From positions 34,224,001-34,288,000 of the forward strand of contig OX597822.1 in the NCBI GenBank assembly GCA_951406725.2: a stretch of DNA of 64,000 nucleotides, read 5' to 3'. Below, in pieces: positions 39,622 through 54,259 of this stretch (the stretch's first letter is position 1; every line of letters begins with the position of its first letter). Source of the stretch: Octopus vulgaris. Its lineage: Eukaryota. Position numbers and translations under genes: made by a program. The notes beneath the pieces were generated by a model, which had not been told where the DNA came from, did not search any database, and was given only the letters and a program-made list of their open reading frames with translations.

Positions 39622-40370
39622 ATAAATAAATGAAAAGAATGGAGTCGAACGAAGATTTTATCAAAATACCTTTACTTTCGACATATGTTTCGAAGACTGC
39701 ATATTCTTAATTCCGAAGGAATGAAGGTTGCATTATGCCGTCTTCTCATCAGGAAATACAAGGAACCTCTATCAGCCTCAAGACGAACAAAAGCTTCTTA
39801 CCGTCTGCCTACATGGTTTCCACAGTCATAATGAGTATTTATTTAAAATAATCCGTTATAAGCAATGACGTCAAAATGGGTTGGAAGGAGGGAGTTTTAA
39901 AAAAATAGGAAGTATGTATGCTGTATGTATGGGGATTGACGGGTGTATGTTTTTGTTAATGAGTTTGAGTGTTTGTGTGTGTGTATGAGTGTGTGTATAT
40001 AACTGCATCTGCGTCTAAATACCTTTACTTTCGACATATGTTTCGAAGACTGCATATTCTTAATTCCGAAGGAATGAAGGTTGCATTATGCCGTCTTCTC
40101 ATCAGGAAATACAAGGAACCTCTATCAGCCTCAAGACGAACAAAAGCTTCTTACCGTCTGCCTACATGGTTTCCACAGTCATAATGAGTATTTATTTAAA
40201 ATAATCCGTTATAAGCAATGACGTCAAAATGGGTTGGAAGGAGGGAGTTTTAAAAAAATAGGAAGTATGTATGCTGTATGTATGGGGATTGACGGGTGTA
40301 TGTTTTTGTTAATGAGTTTGAGTGTTTGTGTCTGTGTATGAGTGTGTGTATATAATTGCATCTGTGTCTA
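39622..40370 (-). mobile_element. ~353-bp-unit HHR element, ~2 tandem units
   Basis: CCTTTACTTTCGACATATG at 39669 and 40022, with essentially identical copies. Abuts (TA)n. Confidence 0.88.
39669..39763 (-). ncRNA. Type I hammerhead ribozyme (353-bp unit); second copy at 40022-40116
   Basis: CCTTGTATTTC-CTGATGA-GAAGAC.GCATA...TATGC.GTCTTC-GAA-ACATATGT-C-GAAAGTAAAGG. Fully canonical core. Confidence 0.92.
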
Positions 40371-40469
40371 TGTGTGTGTGTTTGCAAATGTATATGTGGG
40401 GGGCGACAATTGTCAAATATATATAGTATTAATGTGAGAAATTTGTGTCTGTGTGTTTGATTGTGCGCA

Positions 40470-40500
<31 letters not shown>

Positions 40501-40605
40501 TAGGGGGAGAGGTAGAGAGAAAGAGATAAACATACGCCAACTATATTTAATGTTTGATGCAACAGAATAAAGAGGAAGCATTTGTCTACGGTAGCGCTGT
40601 ATATA

Positions 40606-40666
<61 letters not shown>

Positions 40667-40667
40667 G

Positions 40668-40700
<33 letters not shown>

Positions 40701-40753
40701 GTATATATATATATACGTATATATATATATATACGTATATGTATATATATATG

Positions 40754-40871
<118 letters not shown>

Positions 40872-41281
40872 AACCAAAGTCGATGACACACCATTGGTCG
40901 GCTTGGAGCTATAGTAGATGACATTTACCCAAGGTGCTGTGCAGTCGGACTGAACCCAAAATCATGTGGTTGCAAATCAAACTTCTTAACCACACAACTA
41001 TGTCCCGCACCTCTCCTTTACTCTTTCACTCTTTTACTTGTTTCAGTCATTTGACTGCGGCCATGGTGGGGCATCACCTTTAGTCGAGCAAATCGACCCC
41101 AGCACTTATTCTTTGTAAGCCTAGTACTTATTCTATCGGTATCTTTTGCCGAACCGCTAAGTTACGGGGACATAAACACAAACGCGATGTTGAGGGGACA
41201 AACACAGACACACAAACATAAACACACACATACATACATACATACATACATACATACATACATACATACATACATACATAC

Positions 41282-41326
<45 letters not shown>

Positions 41327-41516
41327 TACACACGACAGGCCTCCTTCAGCTTCTGTCCACCAAATCCATTCACAAGGTTTTGGTCGGCTCGAGGCTATAG
41401 TAGAAGGCACTTGCCTAAGGTGCCACGCAGTGGAACTGAACCCGGACCCATATTGTTGGTAAGCAAGATACTTACCATACGGCCACTCCTGCGCCAATAT
41501 ATATATATATATAATA

Positions 41517-42192
41517 TAATGTTCGCTTGAGTAATCGGCGATGACCAAGAACACCACACTGTAGAAGATGGGTCGCAATGTCTCCGACTGTGACCGATCA
41601 GGTCGATGCGTGCTCGAAAGGTTCTACCGCATGTCGGGTACTGGTGGCCTGCTGGAAATGAAGACCAGGATTTGGCTCTGGACTTGCGCAGCTCTCGTGC
41701 GATCCTGTTTTGTTCGTCGGAGGCGATATCTCTGTTGGTGCAGCTGCAGCAGGTAGGGTGGTCCTGTGCTTGCATTTCCCAGGTGGTATCGGGGTTGCTC
41801 TGAAAGCACTTTAGTGAGTCTTTTAGTGTGTCCTTGAAGCGCTTTTCCTGTACACCGTGTGTGCGTCTGTCTTCTGCCAATTCGGTATAAAACAGTCTCT
41901 CGGGTAGTCGTGTATCAGGTATTCGAACAAGGCGGCGAGCTGGCAGAAACGTTAGCACGCCGGGCGAAATGCGTAGCTGTATTTCGTCTGCCGTTACGTT
42001 CTGAGTTCAAATTCCGCCGAGGTCGACTTTGCCTTCATTCTTTCGGGATCGATTAAATAAGTACCAGTTACGCACTGAAGTCGATATAATCGACTTAATC
42101 CGTTTGTCTGTCCTTGTTTGTCCTCTCTGTGTAGCTCCTTGTGGGTAGTAAAGAAATAGGTATTCGAACAAGGTGGCCTGCCCACCTTACCT
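41517..42192 (-). pseudogene. RTE-clade LINE 3' end, interrupted by a family B SINE (41931-42160)
   Basis: QVRWAGHLVRIP|DTRLPERLFYTELAEDRRTHG...KRFKDTLKDSLK...CGRTFRARIDLIGHSRRH matches the RTE post-RT motif and terminal C2H2. AGGTATTCGAACAAGG is duplicated at 41917-41932 and 42158-42173. Confidence 0.88.
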
Positions 42193-42929
42193 GTGTGTGT
42201 GTGGGGGGCGTGTAGCGTAGTGGCTTGGGTGTTGTATTCATAATCGCAATTCCCAGAAAGAGGAAAATTGATTGCAACGACCCAATACTTATCAACAAAA
42301 TCTGAAAGGCAAATTGATCTCGACGGAATTTGAACTCAAAACATAATGAATCGTAAGAAATGTTACTAAGTATTTTGTTCGACTCACAATTTTGTCCGAC
42401 ACGCCATCTTTACTGCCTTTAGTAATTTCTAATATAGTTATCAGACATTAAGCCGGCTAAATTAACCCTGTGAGGATTTGAACACAGAACATCCAGAGGC
42501 AGCTCCTAACCGCAACAGCAATCAGAAAACAACTGGTAGTTTCTGATTGAGTCAAAATACTAGAAATTTTGAAGGGAGAGCGTTAAGAGACCTCAGTACA
42601 TGACTGGTATATTATTTTATTGACCCCCGATGGGATGGAATGCAAAGCTGATCTCAGTGGGATATGAACTAAGAATGTCAAAAGCCGGAAAATACATTGC
42701 AAAGCATTTTCCCGACATTCTAACGATTCTGCCAGTTTGCCCTCTTTAATAGCTTCTGAATTAATTGTAAGGTCAGTAACTTTGAGGGGAGGGGATCAGT
42801 CGATTACATCGAACCCAATGCGTGACTGGTACTTTATTCTATCAAATCCAAAATTAAGTATAGCAAATTTAGACTCGGAGGGATTTGAACTCAAGACATA
42901 AAGAATTGGAACAAATACAGTAATAGAAA

Positions 42930-43385
42930 TCATCATCATCATCATCATCATCATCGTTTAACGTCCGCTTTCCATGCTAGCATGGGTTGGACGATTTGAC
43001 TGAGGCCTGCGAACCAGATGGCTGCACCAGGCTCCAATCTGACCCGGCGTAGTTTCTACAGCTGGATGCCCTTCCTAACACCAACCACTCCGAGATTGTA
43101 GTGGGTGCTTTTACGTGCCACCGGCACGAGGGCCAGTCACGCGTTACTGGTAACGGCCACTCTCAATTGGTGTTTTTTACGTGCCCCCTGCACAGGAGCC
43201 AGTCCAGCAGCACTGGCAACGACCTCGCTCGAATGTTTTTTCACGTGCCACCGGCACAAGTGCCAGTAAGGCGACGCTGGTAATGATCAAGTTCGAATGG
43301 TGATCTTAACGCTCCACTAGCACGGATGCCAGTCATCGAATTTGATTTCGATTTCGATTTCTCTTGCCTCAACAGATCTTCGCTA
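42930..43385 (-). mobile_element. Non-autonomous retroposon with a (GAT)n tail and target-site duplication
   Basis: (CAT)n at 42930-42955, TAATAGAAAT at 42921-42930 and 43389-43398, and internal ACGTGCC(A/C)C repeats. Confidence 0.75.
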
Positions 43386-44102
43386 CAATAATAGAAATAT
43401 AAATGAATAATATCAGACTAAAAGAAGAAATAATAATGTCAAAATAACTGAAATAAGCAAAGTTTCCCTAATATAATAACAAATCAGATAGCAACAATTA
43501 ATTTATTTTAAAAAATGCTTTTTCCCCCTCAAGATTCTAGTTTTTAATGTCCACCGTATTTTAGTAATTTTCTGACATTTTCCCTGCAAAACATCCGCAA
43601 TAAGCTATTATCTCTTAACTCTTATCTATATCCCTCAGATAAATTAGATTTCTCTTTCTCGTTGTAATTTTACGTCTTATGAATACTTCTTTTTATGGAA
43701 GCCAAGTTTATATCTTTACGTCCTTATCTACGTTGTTCTTTGGTTCAGTCGGTTCATTTGTAGGTTATTTGCTTTTTTTTTTATTACTTAAACTAATCAT
43801 CTTGCTTGATGTATTTCTAGTGTAAATTTTGTTCTTATCATATCAGGATTGTAAGAGCAAGTGGCAAACAGATTCGGAAAAAAGTGTTTTGTGATGTGAA
43901 AGTGGACGCAGTTTCGTTTTCGTACCGTTCTAGTGTCATCGCATCCTTCACTTGCATCCATTGAAATGTTACACATCACTTGCACCCTGCACTTGCATCC
44001 ATTGCAATGTTACACATGTGAAACAGAAGGCCACCAAATTTTAAGGGGAGGGGATTAAGTGACTTTATACTGATATTTTGTTTACTTTGTACTATCAATT
44101 CC

Positions 44103-44612
44103 TGTGGAGGTGCAATGGCTCAGTGGTTAGGGCTGCGGACTCGCGGTCGTAGGATCGCGGTTTCGATTCCCAGACCGGGTATTGTGAGTGTTTATTGAGC
44201 GAAAACACCTAAAGCTCCGCGAGGCTCCGGCAGGGGGTGGTGGTGAACCCTGCTGTACTCTTTCACCATACCTTTCTCTCGCTCTTTCTTCCTGTTTCTG
44301 TTGTACCCGTATTTCAAAGGGCCAGCCTTGTCACACACTGTGTCACGCTGAATCTCCCCGAGAACTATGTTAAGGGTACACGTGTCTGTGGAGTGCTCAG
44401 CCACTTGCACGTTAATAAATGAGCTGCGACGTCACTGGTGCCAAGCTGTATCGGCCTTTGCCTTTCCCTTGGATAACATCAGTGGCGTGGAAATGTGAGG
44501 CTGGTATATGTGGGTGACTGCAGGTCTTCCATAAACAATCTTGCCCAGATTTGTGCCTCGGCGGGTAACTTTCTAGGTGCAATCCCATGGTCATTCATAA
44601 CCGAAGAGGGTC
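44103..44612 (+). mobile_element. Family A SINE fused to the 3' part of the variant seen at 9685-9995
   Basis: Head and body as at 21893 up to about 44415, then GTCACTGGTGCCAAGCTGTATC...ACCGAAG. Confidence 0.8.
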
Positions 44613-46697
44613 ACAACAACTATCAATTCCTAAGGGCTGAAACGCAAAGACAACGGCAGCCTGATTCGAACCCTGAACATAAAGGCTGGAACAAATAAGG
44701 CAAAGTATTTTGTTCGACGCGCTATTTTGCCAATACTACCAATTGCTGGCACAGGGCCAGTGATTTTGAGGAGAAGAAGCAGGTTGATACTTATTTTATC
44801 GACCTGAAAAGTGTGAAAGGCAAATTTGGCCTCGACAGTATTTGAACTTAGAACGTAAAGAGCCGGAAGAAATACCATTAAGCATTTTGTCCGAAGCTCT
44901 AATAATTCTACCAGCGCGCCGCCTTAACAACATTAATAACTCTTTCTACTATAAGCAAAAAGCCTGAAACTTTTGAGAGTAGAGACTAGTCAATTATATC
45001 GACTCCTCTCTTCGTCAGTTATATATTTTATTTACCCCGAAAGGATGAAAGACCAAGTCGACCTTGATAGAATTTGAACTCAGAAACTAAAGCCCGAAGA
45101 AATGCCGCTAAGCGTTTTGTCCAGCACGCTAACGATTCTGCCAACTCATTGACGATAATAATGACACTGATTTCTCATTAATGGTCAAGGCCTGGAATTT
45201 AGAGGGAAGGGATTAGACGAACTATTTACTTAACGGGTACTTTATTTTATCGATCCCAAAATGCAATATCGGTTCATTTTCTTTTCGTTTTTAGATAACA
45301 TCATTTTAGTTTGTTGTTTTATAGGGACCTTTTAAGTATGTTAAGCATAGCGAGTGTCGTAAGACAAAACAAAAGAAAAAAAGGCAAAATGCTAAGGAAG
45401 GTCTATATGAGCTGTTGAAAAAAATTATTGATATTCAGCCCTTAATGAACTCGGAAAAATAATTAAAAAAAACAGTGGAAAAATTATGAACACTAACTTT
45501 GAAAAAAGAAAAGTAAAACGGAAACACAGTCAGTTGACAGAGTTCACCAAGTGCCATGCTAAATTCTTCATCGTATTGTATCGTCTTTCCCCTCTTCACA
45601 TTCTACGTGTAATAATTTTGTCTTGCATCTTTGGTACACCATATCGTTCCACGTCATACAAGTACCATTTGCAAGCTAAGGCACATTTTAATTGGATATA
45701 TCTCTTTGTTAGGATGTGGTCAGTCTAGAGGACACACTTGAAAGACTGAATCGAATGATTTTATGTAGCTACAGAGACTGAAAATCAAAATAACCAAATG
45801 GATGTGCTATAGAATTCTTAGCTTATAAGGTCATCGGTTCAAATGCGCAACACAACAGATGTTTCATTGTGTATTTAAGCTGAATGCATAATAATTCTAC
45901 AGGAACCCAAACGCATTGTTGCGCTTCTGGGAATTAAGCTTTATTACACTTAACTGATTGGAATTTGTAGCATATCTGTAAATATCACATAAGATAGATA
46001 CCTGTAAAATTCAATAGAACTTTATTACTTCTTCGATGGTTTGTACGTTATTTTTTACTGTATATTCAATCAAGAAAATGTAAAGCCCTTGGTCCTTTTT
46101 TTCTTAAGGCCTTTTAGACTTGTGGGAGAAAGGGAATAGAAATTAATCTTCTAGTGAGAGAATATTTGCAAGAGAGGTGACTTCGCTGAAGATACCGAAA
46201 CTATCAGGTGTTGACGTTAAGTACTCAGAGCCCAAGGATCGGGAATGAATATCGCAAGGCAGTTCGTCCGACGCCCTTACAGTTCTTCCACTTCACCACC
46301 CTCGATTGGTATTTTATATCAGTGACCCCGCTATTTGATAGTTCCTTATTTTATTTGCCCCAGAAAGATGAAAGACAAAGTTGACATCGGTGAGATTGGG
46401 ACTCAGAATGCAAGAGAACCAGATTGAATAGCACAAGGTATTTTGTTGTATGCTTTAACCAATAAACGGCGGATATCATCAACTTGTGTTTCAAGAATTT
46501 TACCTGAATGCGACCATCATCGAAGGAAAGTGAATATTTTACGATTACTTTCCGATGATGAGATTGTAAATCCTATTGTGCGAGCTACTAAAAATTATTA
46601 TAGTTTTTGTATTTGAAAACAAGTATAAAAATATTTTACTTCGTTTTTGTATCTGGTTTGCAAAGTTCTTTATGTGAATTCGTGTGTTGAAGCAGAT

Positions 46698-46949
46698 TTT
46701 GTTGTCTGGAGAGAGTCATTATCTTAATGCCTTATTATTTAACACAATCACCGGTTCGATTTCCACTCGTTTATTATTTATAGTTTTTCTTCCAAAACTT
46801 TCGTTGCTTTCGCAACTTGCTTTTGCTGCAAAAGCAACGAAATCTTTTGGAAGAAAAAAATATAAATAATAACTAAGTGGAAATCGAACCAATGAGTGTG
46901 TTAGATAATGAGGCATTAAAACAATATGACTCTCTCCACACACAACAAA
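46698..46949. mobile_element. ~250-bp foldback / MITE-like palindrome
   Basis: The left arm TGGAGAGAGTCAT...GGTTCGATTTCCACT...CTTCCAAAA...TTTCGTTGCTTT is the reverse complement of the right arm, with a very short spacer. Confidence 0.75.
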
Positions 46950-47300
46950 CTATAAAAGTTACCCTTAAGAAAAAGGGATATTTTTTGCCCGTTTGTCACG
47001 TACATTCAGACAACCTTTTCCTGCAGTTTAAGGGTCAATGATTCTGCCATTTCACATTACATCTTATCTCTTACTTGTTTCAGTCATCAGACTACGGTCA
47101 TGCTGGGGCACCGCCTTGAAGAATTTTAATCGAATGAATCGACCACTGTATTCATGTTTTTTGAAGACTGATTCTTATTCTGTTGGTCTCCTTTGTCGAA
47201 CCGCTAAATTACGGGGACGTAAACACACCAACACTGGTTGTCAAGCAGCAATGAGGGACAAACGCAGACACAAATGCACATAGATACACACACACACACG

Positions 47301-47332
<32 letters not shown>

Positions 47333-50300
47333 CGACGGGCTTCTTTCAGTTTCCGTCTACCATGTCCACTCACAAGGCTTACGTGTCGGCCCGAGGCCAT
47401 AGTGGAAGACACTTGATCAAGGTGCTAAGCAGTGGGACTGAACCCAGAACCATGTGAATGGGAAGCAAACTTCTGACTACACAGCCATGCCTGTGCCTAT
47501 GCGTATGATATACTTTTCTGCACAGTATAAAACGTTATATGAAATGACAGGTGGTTTATTCATAATGATATCAACTGGACCTCTTTGAAATGATACGAAA
47601 CAACCTTTTCTTGAATGATAATACAACTTTCTATTTTAAACAGAGTCGTCAGATAAAATTTTCCTGACAGAAATTCAATTGACTTTTCTGTGATGACACT
47701 AAATCATATAAACGCAGAGCTTTGAAGTTGTTAAAAGTGGTGTTTGTGTCTTTCATAAGATCATTTGTAACCTATGTCACGGAAAATGTATCAACGCAAG
47801 TAAAACGAAAAAAAAAAAATCCTTACAACTTACCCGTAAAATGAAGACTTACTATTTATAATTATAGTTTCTCGAACAGCAAACACACTAAATGAAGATG
47901 TTTGTGTAATGTTGACTAAAGAAATTTTAACTAAATGGAGACTGACCACCAGTGTGAATTACAATATTTCTCGAAGACAACAACTTTAATAAAGATAATG
48001 CGACAAAAGTAACATAATGAAACTCCTTTAACACACTAAGAACATATCCGGAGGGAAATGACATTATAGCGATCTAGAGATTCTAGTGAACTGTATTTCA
48101 TCTTATTGATATATGATATTATTAGCTGCTAGAAATGGTTCATGACACAGAGAGACACAATTAAAGAAGAGTAAGATTAAATCTATTAGTGTTACCTTAC
48201 TAAAAACCAACATTAAGGAAGCTGTACAATGCTACTAAAAGGTACATTAGTCGATAGATGGCTTTAAGTGAAACAGAATCGAGCCTTTGAAACAGTTTCG
48301 TTTCCTACATGTATTCTTTAAAAGCTATATATGTCTTACTTGTTTTAGTTATTCTTTTCTGCTCTAGGCACTTTTGGGGATGGGGCTCGTCGATTAGATC
48401 GACCCCAATACGCAGCTGGTACTTAATTTATCGATCCCGAAAGGATGAAAGCAAAGTCGACCTTGGCGGAATTTGAACACAGAACGTAAAGGCAGACGAA
48501 ATACCTATTTCTTTACTATCCACAAGGGGCTAAACATAGAGGGGACAAAGAAGGACAGAGAAACGGATTAAGTCGATTACATCGAGCCCAGTGCGTTACT
48601 GGTAATTATTTAATCGACCCCGAAAGGATAAAAGGCAAAGTTGATCTCGGCGGAATTTGAACTCAGAACGTAACGGCAGACGAAATACCACTAAACATTT
48701 CGCCCGGCGTGCTAACGTTTCAGCCAGCTCACCGCCTTTTCTGCCTGCTCGCCTCCTTTATTTGTTTCAGCTATTGAAATGTGACCATACTGGGGCACCC
48801 CCTTGAAGGGTTCAGTCGAACAAATCGACCCCTGTACTTCTTTTTTTGTGTTTGGTACTTATTCCATCGATCATTTTCTTTTGCCGTACTGCTACGTTAA
48901 GGGGTCGTAAACAAACCAACACCAAGCGATGCATATGTCTCTGCGTGAGCAAACACAAATACAGGCTCTCATATGTAAGCATGCAGAATTGTTGTTGTAC
49001 CGGAAAAATGCTTAGCGGCATTTCTTTCGATTTATCGTTCTGCACTCAAATCCAGCCCCGGTCGACTTTGCCTTTAATTCTTTCGGGATCGATAAAATAA
49101 GTATCAGTTGATAAGATTGACTAGCCTATTTCCCTCAAATTTCTGACCTTGTGCCAATTGGAGAAAGCATTATCATTATTATAAAATAAAAATGAGAAAA
49201 GAAATCAGAATTATTATTTATCGCGATCGATTAGCAGACTTGTTAGAGCGTCAGAAAAAAACAAAAACAAAAAAAAAAACAAACACCACGAACCATTTCT
49301 TCCGAAGGATGAAAGACTGTATGGAGTAGACAGCATTTGAACTCAGAACGTAAAGGATAGTAACCACATTAGTACGTAGTATTTTGTTCAATGCTTAACC
49401 TATTGTGTTGTAATCCGATATCCGATGAGCAATAAACTGAGGAGAAACATCTCGAAGAGAATAAGCAAAACTATCAATATCTGGGGAAATTCCATGTTTT
49501 TGTTTTGTATTCTAGATTGTTAGAATTTTACAGAGAGCCATGAAATAATTTTTTTTATTTTGAAATAGTATCTTTTGTGTAGCACTTGAGTTCTGGAATG
49601 GTATACATTTCACATGACTATCCTGAAGGGCGCTTACTCCCTTACACTAGGACGTCTTTGAAAACTATTTACTTTGTTATGCCCTTGTCACTTCTATTTT
49701 CAAATTCACCGTACTTAGTCGTATATAACTCGCACACTTTTCTGCAAAAGTGTCCTAAAATATCACCCTGCGTCCTATGTACGAACTTGGGTATATATTA
49801 CAGCCTCTAATGCACTAAAATCTTCTCTACCTGAAAACGCACAGCTGAAGTTAGGGTGTGGTCGTGCATCTTTTATGCTGTTATGCAGTGAGTTGGCAGA
49901 ACCGGTTGCAGACCGGACAAAATAACTAGCGGCATTTCGTCCATTTTTACGTTTTGAGTTCAAATTCTGCTGAGGTCGATTGTATCTTTTATCCTTTCGG
50001 GGTCCATAAAATAAATACCATTCAATCCCTGGAATCGATATAATCAACTTCCCCCTCTCCTCAGAAACTGCTGCTCCTGTGCCAAAATTTGAGATCATTG
50101 TTTTATCTTGACGTGTCAGTCACAAAACAATATTAAATATGGAAAGATATAGAAGACATAAAATATCCGTAATATTTTTCTACTACGGTTCGATTATGTT
50201 GAGTAAAAGTCTAACAAATTCTTATTTGCTCAACTAAATCCATATTCTTATATCAAAGAAAATTGCAAATGACTGGACTTGAAGATACAACCCCACTGAA

Positions 50301-50549
50301 CGAAGGGCAGTAGTATGCGATCGAACGTAAGAAAGTCATATGAATAATATAAATATGATGAGTATAAATAGATTGTTTTCGATTTTCTTCCATATTTATA
50401 GCATTCTCTACGTTGACCGTTGTAGAATAATGTTTTAGATGTCGTGCGTAAAATAGATTCTATCTCCACTTTTATTCCAAATTTATATTGTTATATACTT
50501 TAGAAAGAAGCAAAATATTTCGCTGGGGAATACAGAGTTTGGTATTTGA

Positions 50550-52430
50550 AATAGAGCTGTTTTTACTTAAAGTTTGATCGCTGATTCTAAATACGCTTTC
50601 AGTTTTTCCCCATCACCTCTGCTTATCGAGGTATGCTATACTTCTAATTGCTATACATACAACCGATCGGGTGCAAGGAGTGATGACCACAAATCATTAT
50701 TGTTGCCTTTTGAATATCAAAAAAGTAGTTTCATACAAGAAGATATATACCTATTTATGATTAAATTACATTCAAAAATTCAGATAACAGTGACAGAAGT
50801 GTAGAATGTTATCATTGATACGATGTTCATTTACTCCCATGTCTCACGAAAGCGGCCTCTCAAAGACTTCCAGGCTGAGCTGTCCCCATAACAATCACGC
50901 TGAATGGTCCAATGGTGATCCATCCTCATATGAGTATCTCGCTATCCCTCTTTTACTCTCTTTTGCTTGTTTCAGTCATGTGACTGTGGTCATGCTGGAG
51001 ATCCACCTTTAGTCGAGCAAATCGACACCAGGACTTATTCTATCGGTCTCTTTTGCCGAACCGCTAAATTATGGGGACGTAAACACACTATCATCGGTTG
51101 TCAAGCGATGTTGGGAGGACAAATACAGACAACATATATACACACACATACATATATACATATATACGACAGGCTTCTTTCAGTTTCCGACTACCAAATC
51201 CACTCACAAGGCTTTAATCGACCCGAGGCTATAGTAGAAGACACTTGCCCAAAGTGCTACGCAGTGGGAATGAACACGGAACCATGTGGTTGGTAAGCAA
51301 GCTACTTATTACACAGCCACTCCTGCGCCTCTCCAGCCACTTTCCATTATCTTTCTTTCGTAGTTCTTAAATCCAGGTAGGATCGTTTACACTGTTCATC
51401 AGTTAAGTCTGCACGGTTGTCTGAGAAACGATCCAAATGCCTGTAGAAGTAATGCACGTTGATACTCGCATTTCAGCCAAGATGACGGAAAGAAAAGGAG
51501 AGCAAGTTCTCTACTAGTTCAGAGTAGTTATCTGCTTTATGATTCCCAAGAAAATTTCTCACAACCATAGTGAACGAACACCAAGCATCGGCCTCAGCAT
51601 TGTTAATTGAATCTTCGAAATGTAGGGCTTTCACGAGTTTCCTGATTTGTGGCTCGTCAAAAATCTGTCTTCAACGTGTTTGTGTCCGGTGCTGGAAATT
51701 TTCCGCATCTGTAGTCAAACCAGTCCCCTTCTTTGTTCAAAGCCTTCACAAACTCTTTCATTAAACCTAGACTGATGTATAGAGGTGGTAAAAATGATCT
51801 CATCTCTGTCCATCCAGTTTTCTGCGATTACATTCTATTCTCCAACGACTTTGTTTTTTCGCAGAGACCACTGTTCCCTCACTCAATGCTCATCCTTACA
51901 TATACGAACTCAGAGACAGATGGAGCGGGGATATTTAGTGCATCCATTCTGCTGACCTAGGAGTAGATTCACCGTGTTAAAATCCATACGGATTACCCAT
52001 TGGCGATCATAGAATATCTTCTGTAAGAACCGGATGATTGTTTCCTGTTGCCCAGTCTTCTTAGTTATGTAACCAATCGGAATTGATCCATATTTGTTGC
52101 TATTGTGTAGAATGACACATTTTAAGCTCCACTTAGAACTATGAGTAACTGCCATTCACTTGGTATATATTTTGATATAGTTACTTTTATCAGCAATACC
52201 TTGAACATCTTTGCTCAAAATGAAAGCATTTTGCTGCAAGAAGAGCACTAAATCCATTTTCCTATTGTGATAGTACAGTACGTGATTTTACTACATTTAT
52301 TGATAAGTGCATTCTCTCAAAAATTAGAACTGCTGGGAACAGATGGAGGTAATATTCTTATTACGTGGCGTGAAGATACTTAGAATCTGATGTAAAATCG
52401 AAAGCAATAAATTATTTTAAAATTTGTTCC
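50550..52430 (-). pseudogene. Decayed DNA transposase, probably Chapaev3 (CMC superfamily), split by a family C SINE at about 50945-51330
   Basis: Manual translation: SSKWSLKCVILHNSNKYGSIPIG...VNLLLGQQNGCTKYP; LPPLYISLGLMKEFVKAL; PQIRKL; NFLGNHKADNYSELV; HLDRFSDN..DLTDEQ; after the SINE, DTHMRMDHHWTIQRDC. Family assignment is from recalled motifs, not a search. Confidence 0.75.
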
Positions 52431-52963
52431 CCAGTGTTATAAAATGCTCTCTGTATAAAGTTTATGTCGTCAATTCCATTCCATATTTACAGCATTGCAT
52501 ACAGAGACCGTTGTAGAATAATCTTATAAATGTATTCAATTTAAGAACGAGCATCTCCATTGTTCCTATAGCTTTATCACATTATACACATACACGGAAA
52601 GATCAAGAGAACGAACGAAACCAAAAAAACTAATCAAAGGTATTGATTAGTTTAAACCTCCACTAAACGTTATACCGTCATTTGCGACTAGCTTCATATA
52701 GCTACCGAAAAAAAACTCACCACGTTTTTTTAATATTACTCCCATCACCCATATCAATTAAAATAGCGTTACGGCAATATCAAAAACAAATTCTAATAAC
52801 AGAGATGCTTGTATTATATTCAACAGACAAACTAATCTGGTGGAAAAAAATCATCAAACACAAAAGTGTTATTAAATGAATATGCCATGAGCCAAACTTA
52901 ATATCACCCACCACCACACAATATTTATGCATACATATATACATCATACATACATACATACAT

Positions 52964-53006
<43 letters not shown>

Positions 53007-53521
53007 TGAAAAAACATAGAAAAAACAACAAAACAAAGCAAATCAGTATTCTATAGGCGGACTATATGATTCAGAGCTGCCCTTTGTTGTCGGCTATGAA
53101 TATATTATTATACAAATAAGGGACCATTTGAAATACATAGTTTTGATAAGTTAACGAACGTATACAAATATTCGGCTATTTCAAGTTGATGCATATATTT
53201 ATTATACACTCACACATACACGTTCAGACTCACACATATTTAAATATAAGACTATATATGCATGTATATATATGTATATATATACTCTTTTACTCTTTTA
53301 CTTGTGTCAATCATGTGACTGTGACCATGCTGGAGCACCGCCTTTAGTCGAGCAAATCGACCCCAGGACTTATTCTTCGTAAGCCTAGTACTTATTCTAT
53401 CGGTCTCTTTTGCCGAGCCACTAAGTTATGGGGACGTAAACACACCAGCATCGGCTGTTAAGCAATATTTGGGTGGACAAACACAGACACACAATCATAT
53501 ACACGCACACACATACACCCC

Positions 53522-53572
<51 letters not shown>

Positions 53573-53670
53573 TACGGCGGGCTTCTTTCAGTTTCCGTCT
53601 ACCAAATTCACTCACAATGTGGTTCGTAAGCAAGCTACATACCGCATAGCCACTCCTACGCCTATGTATG

Positions 53671-53705
<35 letters not shown>

Positions 53706-54259
53706 CAACACACATATATATATATACACACGTATATGCATATGTACATACTTCCATATATATACACATACACTCGCATATATACATGCTTATCGTATAT
53801 ATCTCGTATGCGCTTCACTTCATTCACAAGATTTATGTATGTGTGTTTTATATAATTAATATCCATACATATGAATAAATATCTTTATGTATGAATGAAT
53901 GTGTCTATGTTTATAAATGTATATACAAGTGTATTTATATGTATATCTTCGATCGGGTATCATACAGACACGCACACACAGACACACATACATATATACA
54001 CACATGTTCTCCTCTCAGGAAATGTATACACAAATATAAACACACACACACATACTCATACAAACTCAAATATAATCATCTGAAGTTCTCTGTTATAAAC
54101 CGTAGAGTAATAAAACTGATATATTTGGCAAATGTCCACTTTGGACAGGTCGAATGTCCATTTGAAATGTACAGTTATGTCTTTTCAGAGACATATGACT
54201 GACAGCAAATGGACTAAAGGTTAAAAACGGCTGCAGACACGGCACAGGTGATATATGTA

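Noticed and set aside
49437-49460. CTGAGGA-GA...TC-GAAG
   Set aside because: GAAG rather than GAAA, and no stem III.
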